NCBI GenBank assembly: GCA_028718865.1 | Contig: JAQUKX010000004.1 | Coordinates: 35,753 to 99,752, forward strand | DNA from: Patescibacteria group bacterium | GTDB taxonomy: Bacteria; Patescibacteriota; Patescibacteriia; UBA1558; GWA2-36-10 | DNA: 64,000 nt | Reading direction: 5' to 3' | In this document: positions 1-9,641 of the stretch, piece by piece | Layout: each line of letters starts with the position of its first letter | Position numbering within the stretch: position 1 is the first letter of the stretch | The notes under the pieces: model-generated | The model's database searches: none | What the model was told of the DNA's origin: nothing | The model's input: only the letters and a program-made list of their open reading frames with translations | Position numbers and translations under genes: made by a program

Positions 1-279
1 AAACAAAATCCAATTGAGACTCAAGATTATCAAAACAGTCAAGCAGGCCAAAATTACCTTCAGAGAAAATATCTGATGGAACCATTTCCGCGAATCTTCC
101 GACTCTCTGGCCACTTCTCTAATGATCAAAGGCGACAAGCCCAAGTCTATCAACACTGAAAACATACTGGCAAAAGAAATGGCAAAAAAATACTGACCAA
201 TGCCTACTGTGCCTAAATTTCTAGCCAAAAAAGTAAAATAAACAAAAGAAAGAACCTTTTGCAGAACCAAGGCCGTCAT
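1..279 (-). CDS. partial CDS (N-terminal part only, runs off window start): MOP-superfamily flippase, MurJ/Wzx-like
   Basis: Minus-strand ATG at 277-279 opens a frame still open at position 1 (MTALVLQKVLSFVYFTFLARNLGTVGIGQYFFAISFASMFSVLIDLGLSPLIIREVARE...); N-terminal pattern R-x-LG-x-G-x-Y ... LG-x5-RE-A is typical of MurJ/Wzx flippases; absent from ORF track because no stop lies in the window. Confidence 0.45.
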   Translation of the reverse strand, partial: MTALVLQKVLSFVYFTFLARNLGTVGIGQYFFAISFASMFSVLIDLGLSPLIIREVARESEDSRKWFHQIFSLKVILACLTVLIILSLNWILF

Positions 280-370
280 AAAAAAACTGGTATTGGCAGC
301 GATTTTTTTCCCGCTTAGCATAAGGACATTATAACAAAAAAAAGCTGATAAATAAAGGCAAAAACCATAA

Positions 371-400
371 ACAAAAAGCCCCGTTTCCGGGGCTTTTTTG
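371..400. terminator. bidirectional intrinsic terminator downstream of rpsI
   Basis: aaaaaGCCCCGtttcCGGGGCtttttt: 6-bp GC stem with A-tract before and T-tract after, just past the rpsI stop at 412. Confidence 0.6.
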
Positions 401-411
401 ATTTTTTAAAC

Positions 412-825
412 TTAACGCTTGGACCACTGCGGTGCCCGCCTAGCTTTCCTCAAACCTGGCTTCTTTCTTTCCTTTACTCGAGAATCGCGGGTCAAGAAAC
501 CTTCTTTGCGCAAAGTGGTTCTCAATTCCTCATTGTCTTTCAGGAAAGCTTTGGCAATACCATTTCTAATAGCGTCTATTTGGCCTTTTAAGCCGCCGCC
601 GTGCACCTTGATTGACAAAGCAACATCATTTTGTCCAATCGCTTTAAGTGGCTTGAGCAAAAAATCCTGCCAATCTTTATAAGCAAAATATTCTTTGTAA
701 TCCCGTCCATTGATAGTGATATTGATGCCTTTGGCTGATTGCTTGAGCACTCTCACTCTGGCCACAGCGCTTTTGCGCTTGCCGACAGCGGGAACATAAT
801 CTTTATTTTCAGTCTTCTTTGCCAT
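412..825 (-). CDS. rpsI: 30S ribosomal protein S9
   Basis: 137 aa; GKRKSAVARV...KVHGGG...RRAPQWSKR C-terminus characteristic of S9. Confidence 0.92.
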   Translation of the reverse strand: MAKKTENKDYVPAVGKRKSAVARVRVLKQSAKGINITINGRDYKEYFAYKDWQDFLLKPLKAIGQNDVALSIKVHGGGLKGQIDAIRNGIAKAFLKDNEELRTTLRKEGFLTRDSRVKERKKPGLRKARRAPQWSKR

Positions 826-827
826 AA

Positions 828-1175
828 TTAACTTATTTTTAATCTCTTAATCATGCCTGCTCGCAATTTATTTTTTGGTAGCATGTCATACACCATATCC
901 CGCAGAATTTTATGGGGATTTTTGACTATCATCTCTTTTAGCTGCCTAGTGCGGATGCCACCGGGATAGCCCGTGGTGCGGTGATAAACTTTTTGTTCTA
1001 TTTTTTTGCCGGAAAAATTAATCTTAGCGACATTGGCAACTTCAACAAAATCTCCGTTATCAACATTAATTTTGTAACTAGGCTTATTTTTACCCTGCAA
1101 TAAAAAAGCAATGTGGCTGGCCAAACGACCGGCAATCTTATCAGCAGCGTCAATTTTGTGGGTTTCTCTAGTCAT
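828..1175 (-). CDS. rplM: 50S ribosomal protein L13
   Basis: L13-like core (DAADKIAGRLASHIA...GKNKPSY...VYHRTTGYPGG) begins at internal Met (MTRETHK) at 1175; the longer ORF to 1325 would overlap rplQ by about 140 nt. Confidence 0.85.
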   Translation of the reverse strand: MTRETHKIDAADKIAGRLASHIAFLLQGKNKPSYKINVDNGDFVEVANVAKINFSGKKIEQKVYHRTTGYPGGIRTRQLKEMIVKNPHKILRDMVYDMLPKNKLRAGMIKRLKIS

Positions 1176-1185
1176 TTTTTTAAAT

Positions 1186-1536
1186 TTAAACAAATTCAAT
1201 CTGAGCCATTTTAGCACCGTCTCCTTGGCGCGGAGCCATTTTGATAATGCGCAGATAACCCCCTTTTCTCTGGCTATAACGCGGTCCCAAAACATCCAAA
1301 ATTTTCTGCACAGCTTTTTTGTCATGCAAAAATCTAGTCAACTGCTGTTTGTTGTGGATAGACTTTACTCGGCCACGGCTGACAAGCTTCTCCACCAAAG
1401 GCCTCATTGCCTTGGCTTTGGCCTCGGTAGTGACTATTTTTTCATATAAGACCAAAGAAGTGGCCAGGTTTTCCAAAAGAGCCTGACGCGGGGCTTTGGT
1501 TCTGTCTAGTTTCTTGTTTACTTTTCGGTGTCGCAT
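1186..1536 (-). CDS. rplQ: 50S ribosomal protein L17
   Basis: 116 aa; MRHRKVNKKLDRTKAPRQALLENLATSLVLYEKIVTT...GGYLRIIKMAPRQGD typical L17. Confidence 0.92.
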   Translation of the reverse strand: MRHRKVNKKLDRTKAPRQALLENLATSLVLYEKIVTTEAKAKAMRPLVEKLVSRGRVKSIHNKQQLTRFLHDKKAVQKILDVLGPRYSQRKGGYLRIIKMAPRQGDGAKMAQIEFV

Positions 1537-1551
1537 TGCGGTAAAATTATT

Positions 1552-2355
1552 TTACTTGCTTTTCTTAGTTTTGGCCTTTTCTTTTTTCTCTTTGCTTGAT
1601 TTGACTTTTTCCTCTTTGACTGGCTCAATATCTTCTTCCTCTTTTTCTTTATCAGCAGTCTTGGCAGCCGGTGTTTGGACAAAAATCATAAAATGCTCTT
1701 TTAGCACATCAGCCGCCTTAGCAATGGCTTCCTTGGCATCTACTGTGCCATCAGTGACCAATTCCATGCTCAATCTCTCGTAGTTGGTCATTTCGCCGAC
1801 ACGGACATTTTCTATTTTATAACCGACATTTAAAACCGGCGAAAAGCTGGCGTCAATGGCAATGTTGCCTATTTCCAAATTGGCATTTTCTTCTTTTTGT
1901 TCGGTGGTGACATATCCCATACCCTGCTCCACGGTAATTTCCATATTGAGCTTGGCATTTTTTTCAGTCAGATTGGCAATCACTAGGTCTTGATTGATTA
2001 TTTCCACATCAGAATTTTTCTTGATGTCAGCGGCTGTGACTACTTTTTCTCCTTTGACTTCCAAAGTAAGCTTGACTGGCTCTTGGTTATGGCATTTTAG
2101 TCTCAATCTTTTTAAATTGAGCATTATTTCTACCAAGTCCTCTTTGATGCCATCAACTGAATCAAATTCATGCTGAGCGCCCTCCACCTTGAAAGCCGTC
2201 ACAGCTGAGCCGGATAAAGAAGACAAAAGCACTCTTCTTAAAGAATTGCCCACAGTGACGCCAAAGCCCGGATAAAAAGGCTCTATCACCGCCTGATAGC
2301 GGTTGTCACCGAGATCTTTGATGTCTATTTTATCTGGTAATGTAATTTGTTGCAT
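1552..2355 (-). CDS. rpoA: DNA-directed RNA polymerase alpha subunit, N-terminal domain only with K/E-rich tail (no alpha-CTD)
   Basis: EPFYPGFGVTVGNSLRRVLLSS motif and alpha-NTD throughout; C-terminal 50 aa are low-complexity KEKEEEDIEPVKEEKVKSSKEKKEKAKTKKSK; start placed at MQQITLP (2355) by alignment to bacterial RpoA, ORF track gives 2403. Confidence 0.85.
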   Translation of the reverse strand: MQQITLPDKIDIKDLGDNRYQAVIEPFYPGFGVTVGNSLRRVLLSSLSGSAVTAFKVEGAQHEFDSVDGIKEDLVEIMLNLKRLRLKCHNQEPVKLTLEVKGEKVVTAADIKKNSDVEIINQDLVIANLTEKNAKLNMEITVEQGMGYVTTEQKEENANLEIGNIAIDASFSPVLNVGYKIENVRVGEMTNYERLSMELVTDGTVDAKEAIAKAADVLKEHFMIFVQTPAAKTADKEKEEEDIEPVKEEKVKSSKEKKEKAKTKKSK

Positions 2356-2380
2356 GTCTCTTATTTTTAGATTTTTTATT

Positions 2381-2998
2381 TTACCTTGAATAAAAGTCAA
2401 CAATCAATGGTACATCAATGTTGGCGGGCAATTCATCTTTGTTCGGACGACTATTGACCGTGATGGTCATCTTATCCTTGTCCACAGCTAGCCAACCAGC
2501 ACTGGCAATCTCTCCCTCTTTTTCACCGAATTTTTTCCAATAATCTTTGCTGATTTTATTGTCTTTTACCTTTATCACCTGCCCCGGCTTGACCGAATAA
2601 GAAGGAATATTATTGTTTTGACCGTCAATGGTAAAATGGCCATGGCTGACCAGTTGACGAGCCAGACGTCTAGTCTGGGCTAAGCCCGCGCGATAAATCA
2701 CATTATCTAGGCGATTTTCCAAAAGAGTAAGAAAATTTTGCCCTAGATCTCCGGGCATTTTTCTGGCTTTATCAAAAGTAAGCCTAAATTGTTTTTCCAA
2801 AATTCCGTAGATAGCTTTGGCTTTTTGTTTTTCACTAAGCTGTTTGCCATATTCGGAAGTCTTGCTAAAAGTCTTTTTGGGACCATGGATTCCTGACGGA
2901 TAATTCCTGCCTTTATCCAAAGGAGACTTGATAGTATCGGCGACATTTTCACCAAAGCGGCGAGTAGCTTTATGTCTTGGTTTGAGATTTCTTCCCAT
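2381..2998 (-). CDS. rpsD: 30S ribosomal protein S4
   Basis: S4 signature from MGRNLKPRHKATRRFG...; start at internal Met (2998), the 254-aa ORF extension would overlap rpsK. Confidence 0.88.
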   Translation of the reverse strand: MGRNLKPRHKATRRFGENVADTIKSPLDKGRNYPSGIHGPKKTFSKTSEYGKQLSEKQKAKAIYGILEKQFRLTFDKARKMPGDLGQNFLTLLENRLDNVIYRAGLAQTRRLARQLVSHGHFTIDGQNNNIPSYSVKPGQVIKVKDNKISKDYWKKFGEKEGEIASAGWLAVDKDKMTITVNSRPNKDELPANIDVPLIVDFYSR

Positions 2999-3008
2999 TT
3001 GTTTGCTG

Positions 3009-3407
3009 TTAGACTCTTCTAATTTTCTTAGGCCGACAACCGTTGTGCGGAATCGGGGTAACATCTTTGATCGAAGAAATAGTAAAGCCATTGGCATGCA
3101 AGGCTCTGACAGCTGCTTCTCGGCCGGCGCCGACACCTTTGACAAAAACCTCGACTTCGGTCAATCCGTAATCTTTGGCTTTTTCCGCTGCTGCTCGGAC
3201 AATAACGCCGGCCGCATAAGGAGTGGCTTTTTTTGGCCCTTTAAATCCATTGGCTCCAGCTGAAGACCAAGCCAAAGCATTGCCCTGCAGATCGGTCAAA
3301 GTGACAACAGTATTGTTGTAAGTAGCCTGAATATGAGCTTGACCTTTTTTGACAACCTTTTTGACTTTTTTCTTGCTGACTTTTTTGCTAGTAGTAATAT
3401 TTGCCAT
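3009..3407 (-). CDS. rpsK: 30S ribosomal protein S11
   Basis: 132 aa; ...[28 protein letters not shown]...[11 protein letters not shown]... S11 signature. Confidence 0.92.
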   Translation of the reverse strand: MANITTSKKVSKKKVKKVVKKGQAHIQATYNNTVVTLTDLQGNALAWSSAGANGFKGPKKATPYAAGVIVRAAAEKAKDYGLTEVEVFVKGVGAGREAAVRALHANGFTISSIKDVTPIPHNGCRPKKIRRV

Positions 3408-3430
3408 AATCTTGATTTTTGGATGCTAAA

Positions 3431-3817
3431 TTATGTCTTTTGAGCTGCCGGCGCTTTGCCGCTACCCATAGTCACTCGTTTATTGCCTCTGACCGTGCGA
3501 GAATTGGTCTTAGTATTCTGTCCCCTGACCGGCAAGCCTTTGACATGCCTGACACCACGGTAACATTTGATTTCCTTGAGGCGCTTAATGTTGGAGGCTT
3601 TTTCCCGGCGCAACTCTCCTTCGGTTCGGAAAGTTTCCAAGCCTTGTCTGATCTGATTGAGTTGGTCTTCACTGAGGTCTTTAACTCTAGTGTCAGGATC
3701 TATCTTGGCGCTTTTGAGTATTTTTTTAGAAAGAGCCAAACCAATGCCATAAATATAAGTGAGAGCCACTTCGACTCTTTTTTCACTAGGGATATTGATA
3801 CCGGAAATTCTTGCCAT
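3431..3817 (-). CDS. rpsM: 30S ribosomal protein S13
   Basis: 128 aa; [24 protein letters not shown]... S13 signature. Confidence 0.92.
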   Translation of the reverse strand: MARISGINIPSEKRVEVALTYIYGIGLALSKKILKSAKIDPDTRVKDLSEDQLNQIRQGLETFRTEGELRREKASNIKRLKEIKCYRGVRHVKGLPVRGQNTKTNSRTVRGNKRVTMGSGKAPAAQKT

Positions 3818-3875
3818 ATTTTTATTAATTGCTTATTTGTCTTTAAAAATAAAAAGCCGCTTAGTCAAAAACGAC

Positions 3876-3989
3876 TTAACCTTGCCTTTGCTTGTGTTTG
3901 GGATTTTTACAGATGCAAATAACTCTATTCTTGCGACGAACTATTTTGCAATCCTTACACATTTTTTTTACTGAAGCTCTGACTTTCAT
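3876..3989 (-). CDS. rpmJ: 50S ribosomal protein L36
   Basis: Hand-translated 37-aa minus-strand [40 protein letters not shown] (C-x2-C...C...H zinc ribbon of L36); below ORF-track size cutoff; sits between infA and rpsM as in the canonical operon. Confidence 0.85.
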   Translation of the reverse strand: MKVRASVKKMCKDCKIVRRKNRVICICKNPKHKQRQG

Positions 3990-3994
3990 ATTTT

Positions 3995-4231
3995 TTATTT
4001 GCGGTAGGTCACGCGGCCCTTGCTCATATCATAAGGACTCATTTCCACCGTTACTTTATCGCCCGGCAAAATTCTGATTTTAAACATTCTCATCTTGCCC
4101 GACAAATGAGCCAATATTTCATGGCCGTTTTCTAAAACTACTTTAAAATTAGCGTTGGGGAGAAGCTCGGTCACTTCCCCATCCATTTCCAGAAAGCCTT
4201 TTTTATTAACTTTCGGCTCCGAAGTAGACAT
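3995..4231 (-). CDS. infA: translation initiation factor IF-1
   Basis: 78 aa; ...[43 protein letters not shown]... S1-like fold of IF-1. Confidence 0.92.
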   Translation of the reverse strand: MSTSEPKVNKKGFLEMDGEVTELLPNANFKVVLENGHEILAHLSGKMRMFKIRILPGDKVTVEMSPYDMSKGRVTYRK

Positions 4232-4336
4232 TTTTATTTATTTACAAAAAAGAAAATCTTTATATAAACCAGTTATATAAGAATTTTCTTAAAATAAAAT
4301 TATTAACAATCAATTTTTTTATAATAATGCTCCTAT

Positions 4337-4364
4337 ATTATACAGATTTTTTTAAAAATGTCAA
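4337..4364 (-). promoter_or_regulatory. consensus sigma70-type promoter for infA-rpmJ-rpsM-rpsK-rpsD-rpoA-rplQ(-rplM-rpsI)
   Basis: Minus strand reads TTGACA-16 nt-TATAAT (plus coordinates 4359-4364 and 4337-4342), about 100 nt upstream of infA. Confidence 0.6.
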
Positions 4365-4440
4365 CGATTTGGGGCAAAAGATAATACTTTTAACTTTTAT
4401 CTAAAAAATAAGCTAATATTAGCCAAATAATAAAATGGGC

Positions 4441-5364
4441 TTAAATCACAATCTGCACTTCTTCTGTCAGCTGAATGCCGTACTTATCCCTTATTTGCTG
4501 TTTAATAAAGCTGATAAGCATAATTACTTCTTCAAAACTGGCCTTATTGGCGTTGATAATATAGTTGGCATGCTTTTCTGATATCTTGGCTCCGCCAATA
4601 CTATGACCTTTTAAACCGGCTTTTTCAATCAAATACGCCGCTGGAATTTTTTTAAATTTTTCAAATTTTTCTATTTCCAATTTTCTAGCCTTGAGCGCTT
4701 CAATGTCAGTATCTTCAAACTTTACATTTTTAAAGATACAGCCGGCTGAAGGCTCATTGGGCTGGGTATCCTGTCTATACTGTAATCTTTCTTTGACAAT
4801 TTGCCGTGCCTTTCCCACATCGCCTTTGGTTAGCTCTATTTCTGCTTCTATAATTATCCAGTCTTTTTTTTCTTTAAAAATACTATGGCGATAGGTAAAA
4901 TTAGCCTGTGATCCTTCCATTTCTTTGAGTTCATTATTTTTGTCCAGATAACTTATCTTTTTAACTATACTATCCATAGCTACTCCATAAGTGCCGGCAT
5001 TACCTCTGATAGCTCCGCCCACAGTTCCAGGGACACCAGCAGCAAATTCCAAACCGACCAAGTTTTCTTCCAAAGAACGATTGAGCAAAAAAGCCAAGGG
5101 TACGCCACAACCAACTTTGACTTTATTGTTTTCAAATTCCAGTTGATTAAAATCCAGTTTCAAAACCAAGCCTTTTATCCCCTGATCAGAAACCAGCATA
5201 TTGGTACCCCCGCCCAAAATAGTCAAAGGCTGTTTTTCTGTTTTAGCCCAAGTTAAAGTATCTTGCAAGTCTTTCAAATCGCTGACTTTGGCAAAATACT
5301 GAGCTGGACCGCCAATTTTAAAACTAAGATAATCTTTGAGCAATATATTTTTTTGGATATTCAT
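4441..5364 (-). CDS. murB: UDP-N-acetylenolpyruvoylglucosamine reductase
   Basis: 307 aa; FAD-binding GGG(T)N and C-terminal MurB domain (SAGCIFKN...). Confidence 0.9.
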   Translation of the reverse strand: MNIQKNILLKDYLSFKIGGPAQYFAKVSDLKDLQDTLTWAKTEKQPLTILGGGTNMLVSDQGIKGLVLKLDFNQLEFENNKVKVGCGVPLAFLLNRSLEENLVGLEFAAGVPGTVGGAIRGNAGTYGVAMDSIVKKISYLDKNNELKEMEGSQANFTYRHSIFKEKKDWIIIEAEIELTKGDVGKARQIVKERLQYRQDTQPNEPSAGCIFKNVKFEDTDIEALKARKLEIEKFEKFKKIPAAYLIEKAGLKGHSIGGAKISEKHANYIINANKASFEEVIMLISFIKQQIRDKYGIQLTEEVQIVI

Positions 5365-5367
5365 AAA

Positions 5368-5964
5368 TTATTTTTCAATTGTTATAAACTCACCTTCTTC
5401 TAAAGCATAAATTGGTAAATTTTTATTCCCATATTTTTCAAGCTCCTTATAGGCCTTTTCCCAGTCTACTGGCCCTCGGGGATCATCAACTCCATAATTT
5501 GATTTATAATGAGGTATAAATTTTATAGGTAGTATTCCCAAACCATCCAGACACTGTCGCCAATCACAAGTCCAAAAATGTGTTGCCATAGCATTTGAAG
5601 AAGCCGAACTAACTGAAACTACTTTTCCTTGCCAAATTTTTGGAAGATCAAATTGCTTTAGCCAATACTGTACCAGATGATCATCTCCGCCAAAAATTAT
5701 AATTGCCTCAGAATTCTTTGTTTGCTCCTCAAATTTATCAGGAAAAGCTAATTCAAAATGAGGAGTGATATTTTTGGGCATCATTTTTTTAAAGCCAGCT
5801 ACTTTCTCCGCAAAATTATTTTCCCAATCCTCTCTTTTTTGGGCAAAAAAACAGAACAAAAGCCTTGGCTTCTCTCCTAAACCCTTGAGAGTTTCTGCCA
5901 CAGATCTCCTAGCTCCTTCTGGATTATTTTTTGATCCTCCTGAATTTATAACATATTTAATCAT
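5368..5964 (-). CDS. peptidase S51 family (dipeptidase E-like) protein
   Basis: 198 aa; AIIIFGGDDHLVQYWL, VSVSSASSNAMA and FIPHY resemble PepE motifs (IIVGGGNTFQLL / GWSAGANLA / INPHF). Confidence 0.55.
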   Translation of the reverse strand: MIKYVINSGGSKNNPEGARRSVAETLKGLGEKPRLLFCFFAQKREDWENNFAEKVAGFKKMMPKNITPHFELAFPDKFEEQTKNSEAIIIFGGDDHLVQYWLKQFDLPKIWQGKVVSVSSASSNAMATHFWTCDWRQCLDGLGILPIKFIPHYKSNYGVDDPRGPVDWEKAYKELEKYGNKNLPIYALEEGEFITIEK

Positions 5965-6039
5965 ATTATAAATTTAATTCTTTTTAGCGTCAGCGACCAA
6001 GCGACTTGGCTTTGTCCAACGAGCCGAATAATTATCAAT

Positions 6040-7395
6040 TTAATCTACTATTTCTCTAGCCAGATTATCTATATCCCCTGCCCCAATAAACAAAATCAAA
6101 GCATTACTGGGATTTATTTTTTTCAAAATTTCTTTGACTGCGGCAAAATCCTGAGCATAATGTTTTTTGCCATGGTTCATTTTGTCTAGCAAGTCTTGGG
6201 AAGAAACATCTTCGTGCTCTTCGTTTTCCCGCCCCGAGACCTGGTAAATCTCCGATACTATCACTTGATCGGCCAGATAAAAGCATTTGGCAAATTCATC
6301 CAAAAGAGTCTGGGTGCGATTGTGATGATGGGGCTGAAAAACAGCAATTAGTTTCCTGTCTGGATAAAAATCCTTAGCCGCTCTCAGGAGCATGGCAATG
6401 GAATCCGGATGATGAGCATAATCAGAGATCACCAGATTAGTTTTCATATTGCCCACTGTTTCAAAACGACGCCAGCTGCCTTTGAACTCTTGCAAGGCAT
6501 TCCAAATCTGGTGCTTGTTTACTCCCAGCTGGTCAGCCACGGCCATAGCGGCCATGGCATTGTAGATATTGTAGAGCCCGGGAACAGACAATTCTATTTG
6601 TTCAAACTTGTTGGTCGTGAATTTCTGCTGGCCTTGACCTAGTTCAATATTGCCAAAAATATAATCGGCCTGCTCATCTTTGCCAAAAGTAATTTTTTTT
6701 CCCCGACAAGTTATTTTTTGGCTATTGACATCATCTTTATTTATCAACAAAATCCCGTCTGGGGGCAATTTGTCGGCAAATTTCTGAAAATGATTTTTGA
6801 TATCCTCTAAATCTTTATAAAAATCCAAATGGTCTTGGGCAATATTGCTAATCACTATCATCTGGGGCTGGAGCTCCAGCATATGCGCCTGCCATTCACA
6901 AGCTTCCACTAGCAAGATGTCCGATTTGCCCAGACGAAAATTAGTCCCCCACTGCGGTACTAGCGAACCCACTATCACTGTTGGATCTAGACCAGCTTTT
7001 TCTAAAATAAGCCCCAGCATAGCAGTGGTAGTGGTTTTGCCATTGGTGCCAGAAACTGCAATAGTGCGATAATTTTTTGACAAAATTCCCAAAAACTGAA
7101 AATAGCTAAAAACCGGTATGGCCAACTCTCGGGCTCGGGCAAGCTCAATATGATCATCGGGCAAAGCCGAAGAATAAATAAATACATCAATATCAGAAGT
7201 GATGTTGGATTCTTTTTGCTTGAAATTGATATCTATACCCGCTTCTTTGATTCTTTTGGTCACTTCCGACTCCAGCAAATCCGAACCAACTACTTCTTTA
7301 CCCAGATCATGAAAATAATAAGCCAAAGCGGACAAACCAATGCCGCCTATGCCTGATAAATAAACTTTATTTATTTTTTCTAAATTTATTTTCAT
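6040..7395 (-). CDS. murC: UDP-N-acetylmuramate--L-alanine ligase
   Basis: 451 aa; N-terminal GIGGIGLSALA Rossmann, central GTNGKTTTTAM ATP-binding P-loop of Mur ligases. Confidence 0.92.
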   Translation of the reverse strand: MKINLEKINKVYLSGIGGIGLSALAYYFHDLGKEVVGSDLLESEVTKRIKEAGIDINFKQKESNITSDIDVFIYSSALPDDHIELARARELAIPVFSYFQFLGILSKNYRTIAVSGTNGKTTTTAMLGLILEKAGLDPTVIVGSLVPQWGTNFRLGKSDILLVEACEWQAHMLELQPQMIVISNIAQDHLDFYKDLEDIKNHFQKFADKLPPDGILLINKDDVNSQKITCRGKKITFGKDEQADYIFGNIELGQGQQKFTTNKFEQIELSVPGLYNIYNAMAAMAVADQLGVNKHQIWNALQEFKGSWRRFETVGNMKTNLVISDYAHHPDSIAMLLRAAKDFYPDRKLIAVFQPHHHNRTQTLLDEFAKCFYLADQVIVSEIYQVSGRENEEHEDVSSQDLLDKMNHGKKHYAQDFAAVKEILKKINPSNALILFIGAGDIDNLAREIVD

Positions 7396-7451
7396 GCGTT
7401 GATTTATAAAAATTATCAGATCTCCTAGTCAAGCCGAAGATGACTTTTTTA

Positions 7452-8486
7452 TTATTTCTTTAATAATTTATCCATTAATATTTTATAATCATTAACTGCG
7501 TTTTGGGGAAAAAGTTGATAAAGGTTTTGACCCAAAGCTCGGCGCAAATCATCATTGCTCATTAGCTTGTCCAAATACCTGTCCATAATTTGATAATTGC
7601 CCTGCCTGACCATGAAAGCGGCATTATGCTTGGCCAAAAAAGCAGCATTTCTTTCTTGATGACTGGCAGACATAGGCACTAGCACCAGAGCTTTTCGCAA
7701 AGCAGAGGCTTCAGAAATCAAAGACATGCCTGCGCGGGAAATAATAATATCAGCTCTGGCCATTATCTCTATGATTTCTTGAGCCGAAAATTTTATAGGA
7801 TGATAGCCATCCAGATCAAGGCGCTGATCAAAATTCTTCTCTCCCAAAAAATGATAAACTTGATATTTTTCCAAAAGCCGAGGTATAAAAGGCGCCATAA
7901 AATCATTGAGTCCGCGAGCGCCAATGCCGCCACCGGTTATCAAAACGCAAGGAGCAAAGTCTTTGGCCTGCTTAAAATCCAAATCCCTGATTGGATTGCC
8001 AGTCAAAAGAACTTTTTTGCGGGAAAAATACTGCTCTTGCTCGGAAAAAACCACTGTTATTTTTTTGGCCAAAGGAGCAATCAATTTATTGGCCAAGCCT
8101 ATTTCCACATCCTGCTGATGGGCTACTATTGGCACTCGGTAAAGCCAAGCTGCCCAAGCCACTGGTACAGCCACAAAGCTGCCCGCTGTCAAAACCAAAT
8201 CTGCCTTGAATTTTAAAAGTATTTTTAGACTTTGAAAAAAAGCGAGTATCAGGCGGAAAATATCCCAAAAATTTTGCCAGGAAAAATAGCGGCGCAATTT
8301 GCCACTTTTGATAGCCAAAAAATTATCAAAACCATGCGAACTAAGATAATGTTTTTCCGGACCATTTTCAGTGCCAACAAAAAGATAATCCGCTGGGTAT
8401 TTTCGGGCTATTGCCAAAAGCGGACTAACTGACCCAAGAGTGCCCCCGCCTACTAGAATTATTCTTTTTCTATTTTTATCCGCCAT
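7452..8486 (-). CDS. murG: undecaprenyldiphospho-muramoylpentapeptide beta-N-acetylglucosaminyltransferase
   Basis: 344 aa; GGGTLGSV N-terminal G-loop, GT28 C-domain ...LITGGGIGARGLN... Confidence 0.9.
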   Translation of the reverse strand: MADKNRKRIILVGGGTLGSVSPLLAIARKYPADYLFVGTENGPEKHYLSSHGFDNFLAIKSGKLRRYFSWQNFWDIFRLILAFFQSLKILLKFKADLVLTAGSFVAVPVAWAAWLYRVPIVAHQQDVEIGLANKLIAPLAKKITVVFSEQEQYFSRKKVLLTGNPIRDLDFKQAKDFAPCVLITGGGIGARGLNDFMAPFIPRLLEKYQVYHFLGEKNFDQRLDLDGYHPIKFSAQEIIEIMARADIIISRAGMSLISEASALRKALVLVPMSASHQERNAAFLAKHNAAFMVRQGNYQIMDRYLDKLMSNDDLRRALGQNLYQLFPQNAVNDYKILMDKLLKK

Positions 8487-8489
8487 AAA

Positions 8490-9641
8490 TCAAGCTTTGC
8501 ATTGTCTAGATATATTAGCCAAAATACCCACGCTAATCAAGCTCACTACCAAATTGGTGCCTCCCAAAGAAATAAAAGGCAAAGTAATTCCGGTCAAAGG
8601 CGCTAGCTGTATCATGCCGGCAATATTGATAAAAACATGAATGGCGAAAAATAAGCTAATGCCTATAGCCAGCAGTTTGGCAAAATTATCATCACTATGC
8701 TTGGCGATTTGAAAACCGCGGTGAATAAGAATAAAAAATAAAAAGAGCAAGGCGGCGGAAAATACAAAACCGATTTCCTCGGCAATAATGGCAAAAATAG
8801 AGTCATTGGCTGGATGAGGAATATAGGATTTTTGACGCGACAAGCCCAGTCCCAGGCCAAACCAGCCGCCTGATCCAACCGCAATCAAAGATTGCTTTAT
8901 CTGCCAGCTAATACCCAAAGGATCACTCTTGGGATCAAGCCAAGCCACTACTCTATCCAAGCGATAAGGCGCCAATTTGATTATAGCGACAAAAGCTGCT
9001 GCCAAAGCCAACATAATAGCGCCGAAATGAAGCCAGCTGGCGCCGGCCACAAAAAACATACCAAAACTGATCAAAGCAACTATAGTCAAATTGCCCATGT
9101 CCGGCTGTTTGAGCAAAAGGAAGCCAAACAAGGAAATGAGTAAAATAAAAATTCCGACATTTTTGATATTTTTTATTTTTTCACCCAAGCTGGCAAACCA
9201 GCCGGCAAAAAAAATCAGCACAAACAATTTGGAAAATTCACTGGGTTGAAAAACAAAAGGACCGACAGCTGCCCAAGACTGAGAAGTGCCAAAATCCGCC
9301 CTGAAGAAAAAAACCAAAAGCAAAGAAACAAGCGCTGCTATAAAAAAAAGATAACGCGCTCTTTTATAAATACGATAATCAACCCGCAAAGCCGCATAAA
9401 ACAAAAGTAAGCCCGGCAGTATGCCCCGGAAAATCTGCTGTTTGACAAAACGATAACTGTCGTCAAAACGATAAAAAGCCAAATCTAAAGAAGCTGAGGA
9501 AAGAAAAAACAAGCCAAAAAATAAAAGCAAAGCCACCACTATCAACAAAGTGATATCAGCCGGCCTCTCCTCCTTTTTTCCAGCGATAAAAGGCTCTATC
9601 AGCCAATGCAAAAATTTATTTTTTCTTTTTCTGGCTATCAT
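8490..9641 (-). CDS. ftsW: SEDS-family peptidoglycan glycosyltransferase FtsW/RodA
   Basis: 383 aa polytopic; ...DPKSDPLGISWQIKQSLIAVGSGGWFGLGLG..S.QK..YIP...DSIFA... SEDS motifs; overlaps murD by 26 nt. Confidence 0.88.
   Translation of the reverse strand: MIARKRKNKFLHWLIEPFIAGKKEERPADITLLIVVALLLFFGLFFLSSASLDLAFYRFDDSYRFVKQQIFRGILPGLLLFYAALRVDYRIYKRARYLFFIAALVSLLLVFFFRADFGTSQSWAAVGPFVFQPSEFSKLFVLIFFAGWFASLGEKIKNIKNVGIFILLISLFGFLLLKQPDMGNLTIVALISFGMFFVAGASWLHFGAIMLALAAAFVAIIKLAPYRLDRVVAWLDPKSDPLGISWQIKQSLIAVGSGGWFGLGLGLSRQKSYIPHPANDSIFAIIAEEIGFVFSAALLFLFFILIHRGFQIAKHSDDNFAKLLAIGISLFFAIHVFINIAGMIQLAPLTGITLPFISLGGTNLVVSLISVGILANISRQCKA

Noticed and set aside
828-1325. Full-length 165-aa version of the L13 ORF
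   Set aside because: The N-terminal 50 aa would overlap the rplQ coding region by about 140 nt and have no L13 similarity. The same applies to the 254-aa S4 ORF (2381..3145) versus rpsK, and to the 283-aa rpoA ORF start versus rpsD.
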